A DNA stretch of 64,000 bases from Microcoleus sp. (GCA_052279835.1 CP181291.1:4896001-4960000), one strand, 5' to 3'; shown: positions 1-10,487, counted from the first letter of the stretch. The notes: a model not told the origin generated them from the sequence alone. Program-made: numbers and translations.

Positions 1-629
1 GTGATGGCTATGGCTTGTTTGGCAAAGTCGAGTTTTTGGGCGGCGAAGGCTTTTTGCACTTCGATCATGCCGTTGCGGGGTTCGGGGGTGCCGCCGGATT
101 TGGAGATGGTAATTACTAGGGTGCTGACGAGTTTGTCTTTGATTTGGTTGAGGATGCGATCGATTCCTGCCGGGTCAGTGTTGTCGATAAAATGTATGGC
201 TAGGGGCGGAATGTCTGGGGATAAAGCTTCGGAGACAAATTGGGGGCCGAGGGCGGAACCACCGATGCCGATCGAGATAATATCGGTAAATTGGGGAGCG
301 AATGGTGGTTTGATGTCGCGGCTTTGAACTTTCTTGACAAATGTTTCTATTTGTTGTAGCGTCTGGACTATTTCTTGTTTGAGTTCTGGGGTGGGGGCGA
401 TATCGGGGTTGCGGAGCCAGTAGTGGCCTACCATGCGGTGTTCATCGGGATTGGCGATCGCCCCTGCTTCTAAAGCTGTCATGTCTTTGAAAGCTTTGTC
501 AAATTTGGGTTTCATTGTAGTGACGAAAGCGTCGTCGAAGCTCATGCGACTGATATCGAGGTAAAGTCCCAATCCAGAGTGATAGTAAAGCCAGTCTTGA
601 TAGCGTTGCCAGAGTGCTGTGGCATCCAT
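1..629 (-). CDS. pgi: Glucose-6-phosphate isomerase, N-terminal part (runs off the window edge)
   Basis: Not in the ORF track. Manual minus-strand translation from ATG 629 gives [29 protein letters not shown]...[15 protein letters not shown]...[13 protein letters not shown]...IDNTDPAG...[12 protein letters not shown], the cyanobacterial PGI motifs. Confidence 0.95.
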   Translation of the reverse strand, partial: MDATALWQRYQDWLYYHSGLGLYLDISRMSFDDAFVTTMKPKFDKAFKDMTALEAGAIANPDEHRMVGHYWLRNPDIAPTPELKQEIVQTLQQIETFVKKVQSRDIKPPFAPQFTDIISIGIGGSALGPQFVSEALSPDIPPLAIHFIDNTDPAGIDRILNQIKDKLVSTLVITISKSGGTPEPRNGMIEVQKAFAAQKLDFAKQAIAI

Positions 630-862
630 AGGAATTCTCTACAATTTTTTTAATGTTCGATCGGCATCATCGGGAATCAACCAATTGTAGTTCAAAACTC
701 ACATCTTGTCCTTGTTTCCGTCACAGACTGAACTGCCTGTTCCACAAACAGTGAATTTCTTGTGGGTATGGTATTCGTTTTTTACTTTTTCAAGTATAAA
801 TACTTAATGTTGTACAATATACAGATATTAGAATTCAGTTCCTATCTCAGAAACAATCGACT

Positions 863-1876
863 ATGCTTACTCTCTCTCCAGAATTACAAAAAAGATTAGC
901 AACTCCTCTGAAAATCGGCGATTTTGAAGTCAACAGTCGGGTGTTGCAATCGCCGTTGTCGGGTGTTACAGATTTAGTATTTCGCCGCTTGGTGCGCCGC
1001 TATGCACCGGATTCAATGATGTATACCGAAATGGTGAATGCTACGGGTTTGCACTACGTCAAGCAACTGCCGAGAATTATGGAAGTTGACCCGAATGAAC
1101 GCCCGATTAGCATTCAATTATTTGACTGTCGTCCAGATTTTTTGGCAGAAGCGGCACAGAAGGCAGTGGCAGAAGGGGCGGATACAGTTGATATTAATAT
1201 GGGCTGTCCGGTTAACAAAATTACTAAAAATGGTGGCGGTTCTTCCTTGCTACGAGATCCAGAGACTGCTGAGGCAATTGTGCGGGCAGTTGTGCAAGCT
1301 GTAGATGTTCCTGTGACTGTCAAAACTCGCATTGGTTGGACGGACAAAGAAATTAATATTTTGGATTTTGCCAAACGGATGGAAGATGCGGGAGCAAAAA
1401 TGATTACTGTCCATGGTCGAACTCGATCGCAAGGTTACAACGGCCAGGCAAAATGGGAATGGATTCGTCGTGTTAAGGAAGTTTTATCGATTCCTGTGAT
1501 CGCCAATGGAGACATATTTTCTGTTGAGGCGGCCATCCGCTGTCTGGAAGAAACTGGGGCGGATGGAGTGATGTGTTCGCGGGGAACTTTGGGCTATCCT
1601 TTCTTGGTGGGAGAGGTGGATTATTTCATCAAAACTGGTGTGGAAAAGATAACTCCGACACCAATTGAACGGCTCGAATGTGCTAAGGAACATTTGCGGG
1701 CTTTGTGGGAATATAAGGGTGACAGCGGTGTGTCTCAAGCGCGCAAGCACTTAACCTGGTATGCTAAGGGCTTCCCTGGTGCAGCGGAATTGCGGGGCTT
1801 GTTGGCGGTGGTAGAAACGGTGGAACAAGGTTGCGATTCGATCGATCGCGCGATCGAGCAATTACCCGCAAGTTGA
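863..1876 (+). CDS. dusB: tRNA dihydrouridine synthase DusB
   Basis: Motifs PLSGVTD, DINMGCPV, VTVKTRIG, TVHGRT, IANGDI. Confidence 0.93.
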   Translation: MLTLSPELQKRLATPLKIGDFEVNSRVLQSPLSGVTDLVFRRLVRRYAPDSMMYTEMVNATGLHYVKQLPRIMEVDPNERPISIQLFDCRPDFLAEAAQKAVAEGADTVDINMGCPVNKITKNGGGSSLLRDPETAEAIVRAVVQAVDVPVTVKTRIGWTDKEINILDFAKRMEDAGAKMITVHGRTRSQGYNGQAKWEWIRRVKEVLSIPVIANGDIFSVEAAIRCLEETGADGVMCSRGTLGYPFLVGEVDYFIKTGVEKITPTPIERLECAKEHLRALWEYKGDSGVSQARKHLTWYAKGFPGAAELRGLLAVVETVEQGCDSIDRAIEQLPAS

Positions 1877-1965
1877 AACCAGGGAAACCTCGTGGGAACA
1901 AAAACAAAGCTCGGCTCTGCGGGCGCAGATTTAACGTATAATTGAAAACTCGTGTGGGGGTAAAT

Positions 1966-2886
1966 ATGGACTCATTAAAAGGGCGAGATTTATTAAGTCT
2001 AGCAGATTTAAGTATTGACGAATTAACTTATTTGTTAGACCTAGGTGCGAGCCTGAAATCGGGAATGGTGAAGCTGAAACGAAATAAAGTTCTCGGCTTG
2101 TTATTTTCTAAAGCTTCAACACGCACACGGGTGAGTTTTACGGTGGCAATGTATAAATTAGGAGGTCAAGTTATTGACCTCAATCCTAATGTTACTCAAG
2201 TCAGCCGTGGGGAACCTTTGGTGGATACAGCCAGAGTATTAGACCGATATTTGGATGTTTTAGCGATTAGGACTTTCGATCAAAAGGATTTAGTAACTTT
2301 TGCTAATTATGCAAAAATACCTGTAATTAATGCGCTGACTGATGACGAACACCCCTGTCAAGTATTGGCGGATTTAATGACAGTAAAAGAGTGTTTTGGC
2401 AAGTGGGAAGGGGTGACTTTGGCTTATTTTGGCGATGGCAATAATATGGCGAATTCGCTGATGTTGGGCTGTGCAATGATGGGGATGAATGTGAGAATTT
2501 CTTGTCCTCAAGACTTTATGCCAAATCCTGAGATTGTGGAAAAGGCAAAGGCGATTGCGAAGGGAAAGACAGAAGTGACTGTGACTGCTGATGCCAAAGC
2601 TGCTGCTAAGGAAGCTCAAGTAATTTATACTGATGTTTGGGCAAGTATGGGACAGGAAGAGGAAGCTACAAGTAGGATTCCTTTGTTTGAGCCTTTTCAG
2701 GTAAATGAAGAGTTGGTGGAGTTAGCCGATCGGAATGCGATTGTACTGCACTGTTTGCCGGCGCACCGAGACGAAGAGATTACGGATGGGGTAATTGAAG
2801 GGAGTCAATCGCGGGTTTGGGATCAGGCGGAAAATCGGATGCACGCTCAGCAAGCTTTGCTGGCGGCGATTCTCGAAAGCGATTAA
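1966..2886 (+). CDS. argF: Ornithine carbamoyltransferase
   Basis: Motifs STRTRVSF, HPCQ, DVWASMG, HCLP. ATG 1966 preferred over TTG 1942. Confidence 0.95.
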   Translation: MDSLKGRDLLSLADLSIDELTYLLDLGASLKSGMVKLKRNKVLGLLFSKASTRTRVSFTVAMYKLGGQVIDLNPNVTQVSRGEPLVDTARVLDRYLDVLAIRTFDQKDLVTFANYAKIPVINALTDDEHPCQVLADLMTVKECFGKWEGVTLAYFGDGNNMANSLMLGCAMMGMNVRISCPQDFMPNPEIVEKAKAIAKGKTEVTVTADAKAAAKEAQVIYTDVWASMGQEEEATSRIPLFEPFQVNEELVELADRNAIVLHCLPAHRDEEITDGVIEGSQSRVWDQAENRMHAQQALLAAILESD

Positions 2887-3005
2887 CAACAGAAAGCAGA
2901 AGAGAAGAATAAGAGGAAAGCCAATCTCTCTATCCCAACCTCTTCTCTCTCTGCGCCAAGAGCGCCCTCTGCGGTTAATACAAAAAAATCTAATTCAAAA
3001 ATAAA

Positions 3006-3107
3006 TATAGCAGTCCTAAATGAGTCGCAAGTTTTTTACCCCACCCCAACCCTCCCCTTACTAAGGGGAGGGAGCAAGAAATTCACAAATGATTTAGAAT
3101 TGCTATA
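3006..3107. mobile_element. MITE-like element with TATAGCA...TGCTATA ends and an internal CCCTT-N3-AAGGG hairpin
   Basis: Left end TATAGCAGTCCTAAAT matches the reverse complement of the right end, TATAGCAATTCTAAAT, at 14/16. Internal CCCTCCCCTTACTAAGGGGAGGG palindrome. Confidence 0.7.
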
Positions 3108-3125
3108 GAATTGCTACAGCCGTTT

Positions 3126-3710
3126 TCAATTCGATCTAATTGGTGGCAACATTTCGGGAATTGCGATATTGACAGCCGGAAAATGCAGCGGTGAAATGCT
3201 CCCATTTTCCCCAAGAATCAATTCGCTTTGATACCCATTTTCAACAGGTTCTCGAAAAACATGAAGTTGCCGATCGTTCACATTTAATACCCAATAATCG
3301 GCAATTCCCGATCGCGCGTAAATTTTCGCTTTAACTTCGCGATCGTAAGTTAAGCTGCTATCTGCTACTTCGATAATCAGATATACCTCTGAAGGAGTTG
3401 GATGGTGAGTCGCATAATCCAACGGATCTATTATTACTAAAGTGATATCCGGTTCAGGCTCAGAATTGTCGTCGAGGGCGATCGGGCTTTTATAATAAAC
3501 ATCAACCCGATTTCCGAGAAGATCTCGCAGTGCATTAGCAGTACGTCTCGCGGCTGAAGTGTTAGCAGTTCTTTTTGCACTGATTGTGATGATATTTCCT
3601 TCAATTAATTCGACTCGCTCCTCTGGGTGAAAAAATCCTATTTCTCCCAGCTTGTGATATTCTTCAACTGTCCATTTGCGGAGCGTGAAAGGGGCTTCTG
3701 TGATGAGCAT
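3126..3710 (-). CDS. Uma2 family (DUF820) putative endonuclease
   Basis: Motifs WTVEEYH, ERVELIEG, EPEPD, LIIEVADSS, YARSGIADYWV. Confidence 0.9.
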   Translation of the reverse strand: MLITEAPFTLRKWTVEEYHKLGEIGFFHPEERVELIEGNIITISAKRTANTSAARRTANALRDLLGNRVDVYYKSPIALDDNSEPEPDITLVIIDPLDYATHHPTPSEVYLIIEVADSSLTYDREVKAKIYARSGIADYWVLNVNDRQLHVFREPVENGYQSELILGENGSISPLHFPAVNIAIPEMLPPIRSN

Positions 3711-3766
3711 AGTTCCCTCGCTAAATTTATAATATGATGTGGAATAATTTAATTGTAGCTTAACTG

Positions 3767-3846
3767 GTTCCCAGGCAGAACCTGGGAACCGATGTAAGCG
3801 AGACTCTTCCTCGCCTATCTGCGTTACCAGGCTCTTCCTGGGAACG
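3767..3846. repeat. Pair of GTTCCCAGG-N5-CCTGGGAAC palindromic repeats
   Basis: GGTTCCCAGGCAGAACCTGGGAACC and GTTACCAGGCTCTTCCTGGGAAC. Related copies near 48100 and 48925. Confidence 0.7.
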
Positions 3847-3869
3847 AGTAGAAAAGACTGAAATCTTTA

Positions 3870-5477
3870 CTACAAATTCATTTTTGCGACCTCACCTGCA
3901 ACCACATTAACAGTTTGTTGAATTTGAGTTCCATCAACCTTTAACTGATAAGTTCCTGGAGAAAGCTCGATCGCCCCAAACCATCCTTTACCATCCGCCC
4001 GCAGTTGCCGCACTTTGCTATTACCACCGATCGCCTGCAATGTCAAGCTCGCACCGTCGCAAGTTCCAGCGCACTGTTGCAAATTGCCCGCGATCGCACC
4101 CATAGTCGGCCGCGACTTCCAAGGCATATCGGGAATCGCAGCCGGAGTAGCCCACACAGGCTGAGTTTGAACAGTTCTGCCCGTAGCGCCGTCCACGTAT
4201 TGAGTGGGGTGGGACAGGGCGTTATAAAACCAATCATTACTCTGGGACACGAATTTCCAAGGCTGACGGGGCAAATCGCCACTACCGCCCGATCGCAGTT
4301 CGACATTAGCATAGACGTTGCTGCTAGCGTAGGAATACAGCACCGTACCTACGACTTGATTTCCTTTGGCAGAGGGCGCTTCGGCGCGACGAATCTGGGC
4401 TAGGGTGTCTTCAATGTAGTTGAGATAATTACCAGGTCCGATCGCAATTTGGCGGTTGTATTGGTGGTCTTTAGCGTACTCGATCCAATTATCGTAACCG
4501 CGCTTCTGCTGCGGCTTGTACTCGCGCTGGTAAGTCATCGGCATCGCCATGTCGAGAATACCTTCTTCCAGCCAAGCCCGCCAATCCTGCAAAACTTCGC
4601 TGTAAGGTTGCGTTTTATACCAACCTTCATCATTTTTCGGGCCGTCGCCCCAGGCGATCGTCGCCGCCGTCACTTTCACTCGCGGTTTAATCGCCAGGGC
4701 TTCTACATAAAGCTTCCGCACTAATTCCGTCACGCGATCGCGCCGCCACTGCATCCACGCCGGATCGCTGGGTTTGGGCGTGCCCGCGCGCCCGGTTTGC
4801 TGGTTGAAACGGGCGATCGCAGTCGGATTGTAGCCCCAATCCGGCCCGCCATAGCGCACGTAATCCAACTGTACGCCGTCCACATCGTAGCGCTTCAGCA
4901 AGTCCAAATAGACGGAAACAGTATAATCCAAGGCATCTGGATGGCCAGGATCGAGAAAACCTTTCGATTCCCCACCGTAAGTCAGCATCGCCCAATTGTC
5001 CCTTCCTGGGGCATTGGGTCCGTGTTGTTGCCAAACGTGACCGGCGGGGAGTTTACCGCCAGAAACTACTGGTAGCGTTACCATCCAAGCGTGGACTTCC
5101 ATGCCTGCGGCGTGGGCTTTGTCAATCAAATCTTGGAGTGGATCGAAACCGGCTGGAACGTTAGGATCGAGGGTGCGTGGTTCGATCGCACTGGTGTAAA
5201 AAGCATCACCACGGCGACGAACTTGGGCGACGATCGCATTGGCGTTAGCCAGTTTAGCATCTGCAATCAATTTGGTGACTTCTTGAGGTGTTTTGAAGCC
5301 CGGATTAAATGCGTCCACCCAGAAGGCTCGAAATTCCGAAGTTTGGGTTTGTGGGGGGGGATTTGCTATCGCGCGATTCGGAAACCAGTGTGATAACCAG
5401 CCTGGAGTCAGGAGAAAACTGATTGTTAAGCCGATCGAAAACAGGCTTGACAAAAAGAATGTTTTGGATTTACGCAT
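3870..5477 (-). CDS. Secreted glycosyl hydrolase-like 10 (GHL10/DUF187, YddW/DigH-like) protein with a C-terminal carboxypeptidase-regulatory-like domain
   Basis: N-terminal signal or transmembrane segment. Motifs EFRAFWV, QVRRRGDAFY, DPL..LI..AH..GMEVHAW, LDPGHP, DGVQLDYVRY, QDWRAWLEEG. Confidence 0.85.
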   Translation of the reverse strand: MRKSKTFFLSSLFSIGLTISFLLTPGWLSHWFPNRAIANPPPQTQTSEFRAFWVDAFNPGFKTPQEVTKLIADAKLANANAIVAQVRRRGDAFYTSAIEPRTLDPNVPAGFDPLQDLIDKAHAAGMEVHAWMVTLPVVSGGKLPAGHVWQQHGPNAPGRDNWAMLTYGGESKGFLDPGHPDALDYTVSVYLDLLKRYDVDGVQLDYVRYGGPDWGYNPTAIARFNQQTGRAGTPKPSDPAWMQWRRDRVTELVRKLYVEALAIKPRVKVTAATIAWGDGPKNDEGWYKTQPYSEVLQDWRAWLEEGILDMAMPMTYQREYKPQQKRGYDNWIEYAKDHQYNRQIAIGPGNYLNYIEDTLAQIRRAEAPSAKGNQVVGTVLYSYASSNVYANVELRSGGSGDLPRQPWKFVSQSNDWFYNALSHPTQYVDGATGRTVQTQPVWATPAAIPDMPWKSRPTMGAIAGNLQQCAGTCDGASLTLQAIGGNSKVRQLRADGKGWFGAIELSPGTYQLKVDGTQIQQTVNVVAGEVAKMNL

Positions 5478-5754
5478 CAGAATTGTGTGAGAGAGCGTTT
5501 AACTGTCTGTTACGGACTATTGGTTTGAGAGTCCGGTTGACATTTTCGCACAATGTTATATTAAGTGGGCAAATAAGTAAATAGTTGAGTAATACCGCTG
5601 GGATAGTCGAGCATGAGATTAAAATAGACCTCGGCAAAATGGAGGATATTTTACGCTCTTTGAATATAGCGGTTGAGCCAGTAAATTGAATGAGCAACAC
5701 GACTTAACTTAGTCAGTCCTGGGCGCAAAAAACCCGGTTTATGAGAAAAAATCC

Positions 5755-5859
5755 GGGAGCATCCCAATTTTGCAGGGGCGAAGCATGACCGCAGATAATT
5801 TATGAGTTAAAAGCAGAGATTTACTGTCGGAATGCTTCGCCCCTACAGATATATTTGCA
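5755..5859. repeat. REP/MITE-like element with a AGGGGCGAAGCAT...ATGCTTCGCCCCT core (copy 1)
   Basis: 13-bp perfect inverted repeat at 5774-5786 and 5832-5844. The interior is highly similar to the copy at 47988-48058. Confidence 0.8.
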
Positions 5860-6064
5860 AAAACAGATAAATGAAAAATTTGCTCGTTTCAACGAAGCAT
5901 CAAATCAAAGCATTTCTGAGGCGCAATGATGCTAAGATACAAAGCTTATATTGCGGTCGTTGGTATCGCAATGCCATATACTGTGATGCAAGCAGTTTTA
6001 CATACCGGAAAATGCCGATCGCACTCAGTAAATCTCATAAGCAACTAGGTAAAATATCTTGGCA

Positions 6065-7429
6065 ATGGAAAAAAAACATAACGCTGGATTGTGGGTATCA
6101 GTATTATACTTCGCCCAAGGTCTCCCTTACACCGTCGTTAATTTAATGTCGGTGATTTTTTTGAAAGGTTTGGGAACCAGCAACGAACTGATCGGATTGA
6201 CAAGTCTTTTGTCTTTTCCTTGGGTATTAAAAGGTTTGTGGGGCCCCGTAGTTGATTTGTATTCAACTAAGCGCAAGTGGATTTTAAACATGGAAATTCT
6301 TTGTGCTTTTTTGTTCGCTTTCCTAGCTTTTGGTGTGTTAACACCCCATCCTATTATTATATCGCTGGTCATTTTTACGGCCATTGCCTTTGTTTCGGCT
6401 ACTCACGACATCGCCATTGACGGATTTTATTTAAACACGCTTAATAAAGACCAACAAGCACTATTTGTCGGGGTTCGCAACACGGCTTATAGAGGTGCTG
6501 TCATTGTCGGTAGCGGTGTCTTGGTTTTTTTGGCTGGTAAATTAGCAGAACAGTATTTAGTGACGGGAAATGGTAGCGATACCAAAGTATATCAAGACAT
6601 TCAGTTGTCTTTTTTGGGTTCGTCTTTTAACGTAACTGCCCTTAGCTACGGATGGGCGACAGCCTTTGGCATTTGTGCCATTATGTTTGTGCTAATTTAT
6701 CTGTTTCAACGGTGGTATCTTCCCTATCCTAGAAATTATGCGGAGGAAGCGGGTGTACCTCGGCAAACCACCAGTTTTATGGAGTCATTTATAACCTATT
6801 TTGAGCAAGATAAAATTGGTTGGATTGTCGCTTATGTCTTGATTTTTAGATTGGGCGATGCCTTGACTTTTAAAATGGCTCCTCCGTTTTTAATGGATAA
6901 AGTGGAAAAAGGAGGATTAGCGGTTTCTACCTCGGATATGGGCTTGTTATCTGGTACTTTTGGCGTAATGTTTCTGTTAATTGGAGGGCTGTTAGGGGGC
7001 TATTTGATTGCGAAACAAGGACTGAAAAAATGGATGTGGCCGACGGCTATTCTGCAAAATTCTACTAACGTGCTGTATTGGCTGTTGGCAATCAATCAAC
7101 CGGGGATTGAATGGGCTTATGTCGTAAATTCGATCGAGCAATTTACCTATGGGCTTGGCGTAGCGGCCTATACAGTGTTCTTGATGCGGACTGTCCGCCC
7201 GGAATATGAAGCCTCACATTATGCAATTACCACCGCCTTCATGGCCGCGGGAGTGCTGATTCCGGGGGTTTTTAGTGGCTACTTGCAAGCGAATCTTGGC
7301 TATCAAAATTATTTCTTAATGAGTGCACTGGCTGTGATTCCAGGTATGATGACAATCTTCTTTTTGCCACTAGAAGATGAATCAAAATTAGCATCTATGC
7401 CCAGACCTGGACTGGACGATCCAGATTAA
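6065..7429 (+). CDS. AmpG-like MFS transporter (muropeptide/acetyl-CoA transporter family)
   Basis: Motifs LYFAQGLP, PWVLKGLWGPVVD, SATHDIAIDG. About 12 hydrophobic segments. Confidence 0.85.
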   Translation: MEKKHNAGLWVSVLYFAQGLPYTVVNLMSVIFLKGLGTSNELIGLTSLLSFPWVLKGLWGPVVDLYSTKRKWILNMEILCAFLFAFLAFGVLTPHPIIISLVIFTAIAFVSATHDIAIDGFYLNTLNKDQQALFVGVRNTAYRGAVIVGSGVLVFLAGKLAEQYLVTGNGSDTKVYQDIQLSFLGSSFNVTALSYGWATAFGICAIMFVLIYLFQRWYLPYPRNYAEEAGVPRQTTSFMESFITYFEQDKIGWIVAYVLIFRLGDALTFKMAPPFLMDKVEKGGLAVSTSDMGLLSGTFGVMFLLIGGLLGGYLIAKQGLKKWMWPTAILQNSTNVLYWLLAINQPGIEWAYVVNSIEQFTYGLGVAAYTVFLMRTVRPEYEASHYAITTAFMAAGVLIPGVFSGYLQANLGYQNYFLMSALAVIPGMMTIFFLPLEDESKLASMPRPGLDDPD

Positions 7430-7486
7430 TTTAGTAAAGGGCAGGCTGGTTGCCTGCCACACAATCAATATTTGGGGAGGTTTCTA

Positions 7487-8845
7487 TTAAATGGAGATGA
7501 AATCCTTAGCTGTAAGACTGTTTGCTTGAGGACCAATGAAACTGGCAAGAACTTCACCAGTGCTGGTAAATTGGATCAGAGTTGAAAAGTCGCTGGCATT
7601 AACTGTGAGTTGGTTAAAGGTAAGACCTTTGGTCAAACCGATTAAATCTTCACCAGGTTGAAAGTCGATTATGGTGTCATTACCAGCCCCTATTCCTAAC
7701 ACGAACAAGTCGCGTCCCGCGCCGCCAATTAACAGATCCGAACCCACTCCACCAACGAGGGTATCGTCCCCTGTATCCCCGTTTAAATTATCATCTCCTT
7801 TGCCGCCGAATAGCTGGTCATTACCACTACCACCACTAATGATATCATTATTGCGATTGCCAGTGAGAGTATCGTTTCCCCCGTTGCCAACCATCACATC
7901 GTCCCCGGCAAAACCGGAGGCTGTATTGTTGGCATCGTCGCCTACTAAGTTATTAGGTTGGGAGAGAGCTAGAGCAGCTTGCATTTGAGTAATGATTCCA
8001 AAAAAAGATGCTCCCGGTGTGGTTCTCAATTGCTCTGTTGTGCTGCGAGATTTCAGTGCAGATCCCTGTGCTGGCAAGGCAAAATCTAAGCCAGCTAATA
8101 GCTCTAAATAGTCGGAATCTGTGAAAGTAAAGTCAGGGCTGCTCAACTGGTTGACCGAGATTTCTGTCTGAATTAAACCTGGAGGGGGAGTTGTTAATAG
8201 GCCGGATTGAGTATGTTTATCTAAGACTAATAGCGGATTGATAATCGGATCGGTAAATGTTTGTAAAACAACTTTTCCGGGCAGAAAAGCTTCTCCACCC
8301 AAACTCACAAAGTCGCCACTGACAATGTAGTGAGTTACATTTTTGCCTGCGCCCGCTTTTTGGGTAAATGTATTGACTGTATTTCTAGCAACTCCGGGGG
8401 AATTGAAGGTGACAACATCTCCGATCGCGGATGTGAATTCGGTGGCTGCTAGCTGGGTTAAACCACCGCCCAAACTGTGGCCGAGAACGTCTGGTGGCAA
8501 GCGGTTTGGGTTTTTTGTGGTATCTTGACTGATTTGTGTCAGCCAATTTCCTAATGCTTGTTTGTTGGCTTCAAATTGGTTGAAACCCACACCGCGCGTG
8601 TCTCCGAGTGCAACATCGTCGATCGCCGTATCACCGCCCCGAAATACTAAAACTGGCGGTTTGTCTGGGGTGGTGGAGATTAAGCCGATCGCGTGAAATC
8701 CCGTTGCTGGATCGTCGAAGGTGCGATCGATTCGATAGCCAGCAGCGGTTAAACCACCTTGAACAACAGGTTGTAACTGGGGGTTGTCATCTATATAAAC
8801 TAATCGCTTGGCTATATTTTCGTAAACTGCGGGGGAGGAAGGCAT
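7487..8845 (-). CDS. Alpha/beta-hydrolase (lipase-like) with C-terminal RTX Ca-binding repeats, paralog 1
   Basis: VLVFRG, nucleophile elbow GHSLGG, TFNSPG, several GGxGxD nonapeptides. Confidence 0.85.
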   Translation of the reverse strand: MPSSPAVYENIAKRLVYIDDNPQLQPVVQGGLTAAGYRIDRTFDDPATGFHAIGLISTTPDKPPVLVFRGGDTAIDDVALGDTRGVGFNQFEANKQALGNWLTQISQDTTKNPNRLPPDVLGHSLGGGLTQLAATEFTSAIGDVVTFNSPGVARNTVNTFTQKAGAGKNVTHYIVSGDFVSLGGEAFLPGKVVLQTFTDPIINPLLVLDKHTQSGLLTTPPPGLIQTEISVNQLSSPDFTFTDSDYLELLAGLDFALPAQGSALKSRSTTEQLRTTPGASFFGIITQMQAALALSQPNNLVGDDANNTASGFAGDDVMVGNGGNDTLTGNRNNDIISGGSGNDQLFGGKGDDNLNGDTGDDTLVGGVGSDLLIGGAGRDLFVLGIGAGNDTIIDFQPGEDLIGLTKGLTFNQLTVNASDFSTLIQFTSTGEVLASFIGPQANSLTAKDFISI

Positions 8846-8920
8846 ATTTTTGTTATTTCCTGTATTTTGATTGGGGATTGCTGTTGGAGCTACTTAATTA
8901 AGTTTACACTAGCGATCGTT

Positions 8921-9011
8921 TAAGTAGAAGAAAGAAGCAAGAAGGAACAATATTCAGATAGCAAGCTTTTTAGTCACCTGTATCTTGCATTTAATTAAGT
9001 AGATTTACTTA
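8921..9011. repeat. TAAGTA...TACTTA-bounded dispersed repeat
   Basis: Shares its ends and the internal ATAGCAAGC...ATCTTGCATTTAATTA block with 21645-21743. Confidence 0.65.
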
Positions 9012-9119
9012 TGCACAATTTTCCCTTGGGACAAGAAGGAATGGTGTGTCATTCAGGATTTTGGTGATTATCGCTCCCGATGATGAGGACTAAAGTCCTC
9101 ACTAGGAATCAGAAATTAT

Positions 9120-10487
9120 CTAAATCTGGACAAAATCGGGTCGCGAAATCTGACTGGCAGATACGCCAGTAATATTAGCAAGAATTTCGCCATTATTCAG
9201 GAGACTAATTAAAACTCCGTCATTACCTTGAGTAATTTTAATCTGAGCAAAAGTTAGACCCCGTGAAAGTGCAATTAAATCTTGAGAGTCTTCAAAGTCT
9301 ACGATCGTATCTGAGCCGCCACCGGATTCTAATACAAAACGATCGCGTCCACTGCCACCAATTAAAACATCGTTGCCCAACTCGCCGGCAATCAAATCGT
9401 CTCCGTCGCCTCCGTTTAAATAATCGTTATTTCTGCCGCCGTATAAGAAGTCGTCTCCGCCACCGCCAGTGATACTGTCGTTACCTCTATTGCCCCTGAG
9501 AGTATCGTTACCGCCGTTGCCGATAATCGTATCATCTCCACTGCCTCCGGTGGCTGCATTGTTGCGATCGTCTCCTAATAAATAGTTTGGTTGTAGGGGA
9601 GCTAAACCAACTTGAATTTCTTTGATGAGTTCCACCAAAGAGAATTCTGGAGATGTTCTCAAACTTTCCGCACCTGCTCTGGTTCTGATTGCTATTGACA
9701 CTTCTGGTAGGGCAAAGTTCATCGCCGCTATAAATTCATTAAAATCTGAGTCGTTGTTATAGGTAAATTCTGGACTGTTCAAGTCTTCTACAGAAATTTG
9801 CCTTTGGAAAAAACCTGCGGGGGGATTAGTTAGCAGCTTTTCTGAGCGATGCTTTGCTAAGACAGTTAGTGGCTCAATATTGGGGTCGGTAAAAGTTTGA
9901 AAAAACACTTTTCCTGGTAAAAATTCTTCGCCAAACAGGCTGATAATATCTCCGCTGACGATGTAGTGATTAACATTTTTGTTGCCAATTCTGGTCAAAT
10001 TTTTCTTAAATGCGCTTACTGTAGTTTTTGAGACTCCGGGAGAGTTGAAAGTAAAGATATCGCCAGTAATCGAACTAAATTCGGTGGCGACTATTTGAGC
10101 TATAGCACCGCCTGCACTGTGACCGATCGCATCTGGCAATAACTGATTGGGATTTTGAGATGTATTTTTCCCGATTTCTTGGAGCCAGTTGTCGATCGCA
10201 TCTTTGTTGTTTTGAAATTCGGCAAAACCAATGTTGGGCGAGTCGGAAAATATAGCATCGTCGCCGATAAAGTCGGTGCCCCGAAATACCAGAACGGGGG
10301 GGGTTTTGGGATCTACTGCACCGAAGCCGATCGCATACAGGCCTGTTTGGGGATCGTCGAAGATGCGATCGATATAGTAGCCGTTAGTGTCCAAAAAACG
10401 CGCCACTAGATTTTGCGAGTCTGGTCGATCTTTCAAATAAACAATTGATTTGGCTAGAGCTTCATAAACCGCAGGGGAGGAACTCAT
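9120..10487 (-). CDS. Alpha/beta-hydrolase (lipase-like) with C-terminal RTX repeats, paralog 2
   Basis: VLVFRGTD, GHSAGG, TFNSPG, GGxGxD repeats. Collinear with 7487-8845. Confidence 0.85.
   Translation of the reverse strand: MSSSPAVYEALAKSIVYLKDRPDSQNLVARFLDTNGYYIDRIFDDPQTGLYAIGFGAVDPKTPPVLVFRGTDFIGDDAIFSDSPNIGFAEFQNNKDAIDNWLQEIGKNTSQNPNQLLPDAIGHSAGGAIAQIVATEFSSITGDIFTFNSPGVSKTTVSAFKKNLTRIGNKNVNHYIVSGDIISLFGEEFLPGKVFFQTFTDPNIEPLTVLAKHRSEKLLTNPPAGFFQRQISVEDLNSPEFTYNNDSDFNEFIAAMNFALPEVSIAIRTRAGAESLRTSPEFSLVELIKEIQVGLAPLQPNYLLGDDRNNAATGGSGDDTIIGNGGNDTLRGNRGNDSITGGGGDDFLYGGRNNDYLNGGDGDDLIAGELGNDVLIGGSGRDRFVLESGGGSDTIVDFEDSQDLIALSRGLTFAQIKITQGNDGVLISLLNNGEILANITGVSASQISRPDFVQI

Noticed and set aside
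1..327. + strand 108-aa ORF
   Set aside because: Antisense shadow of pgi, which is clearly encoded on the minus strand.
5470..6146. ORFs 5470-5700 and 5871-6146
   Set aside because: No recognisable motifs. They overlap the promoter or start regions of the GHL10 and AmpG-like genes.
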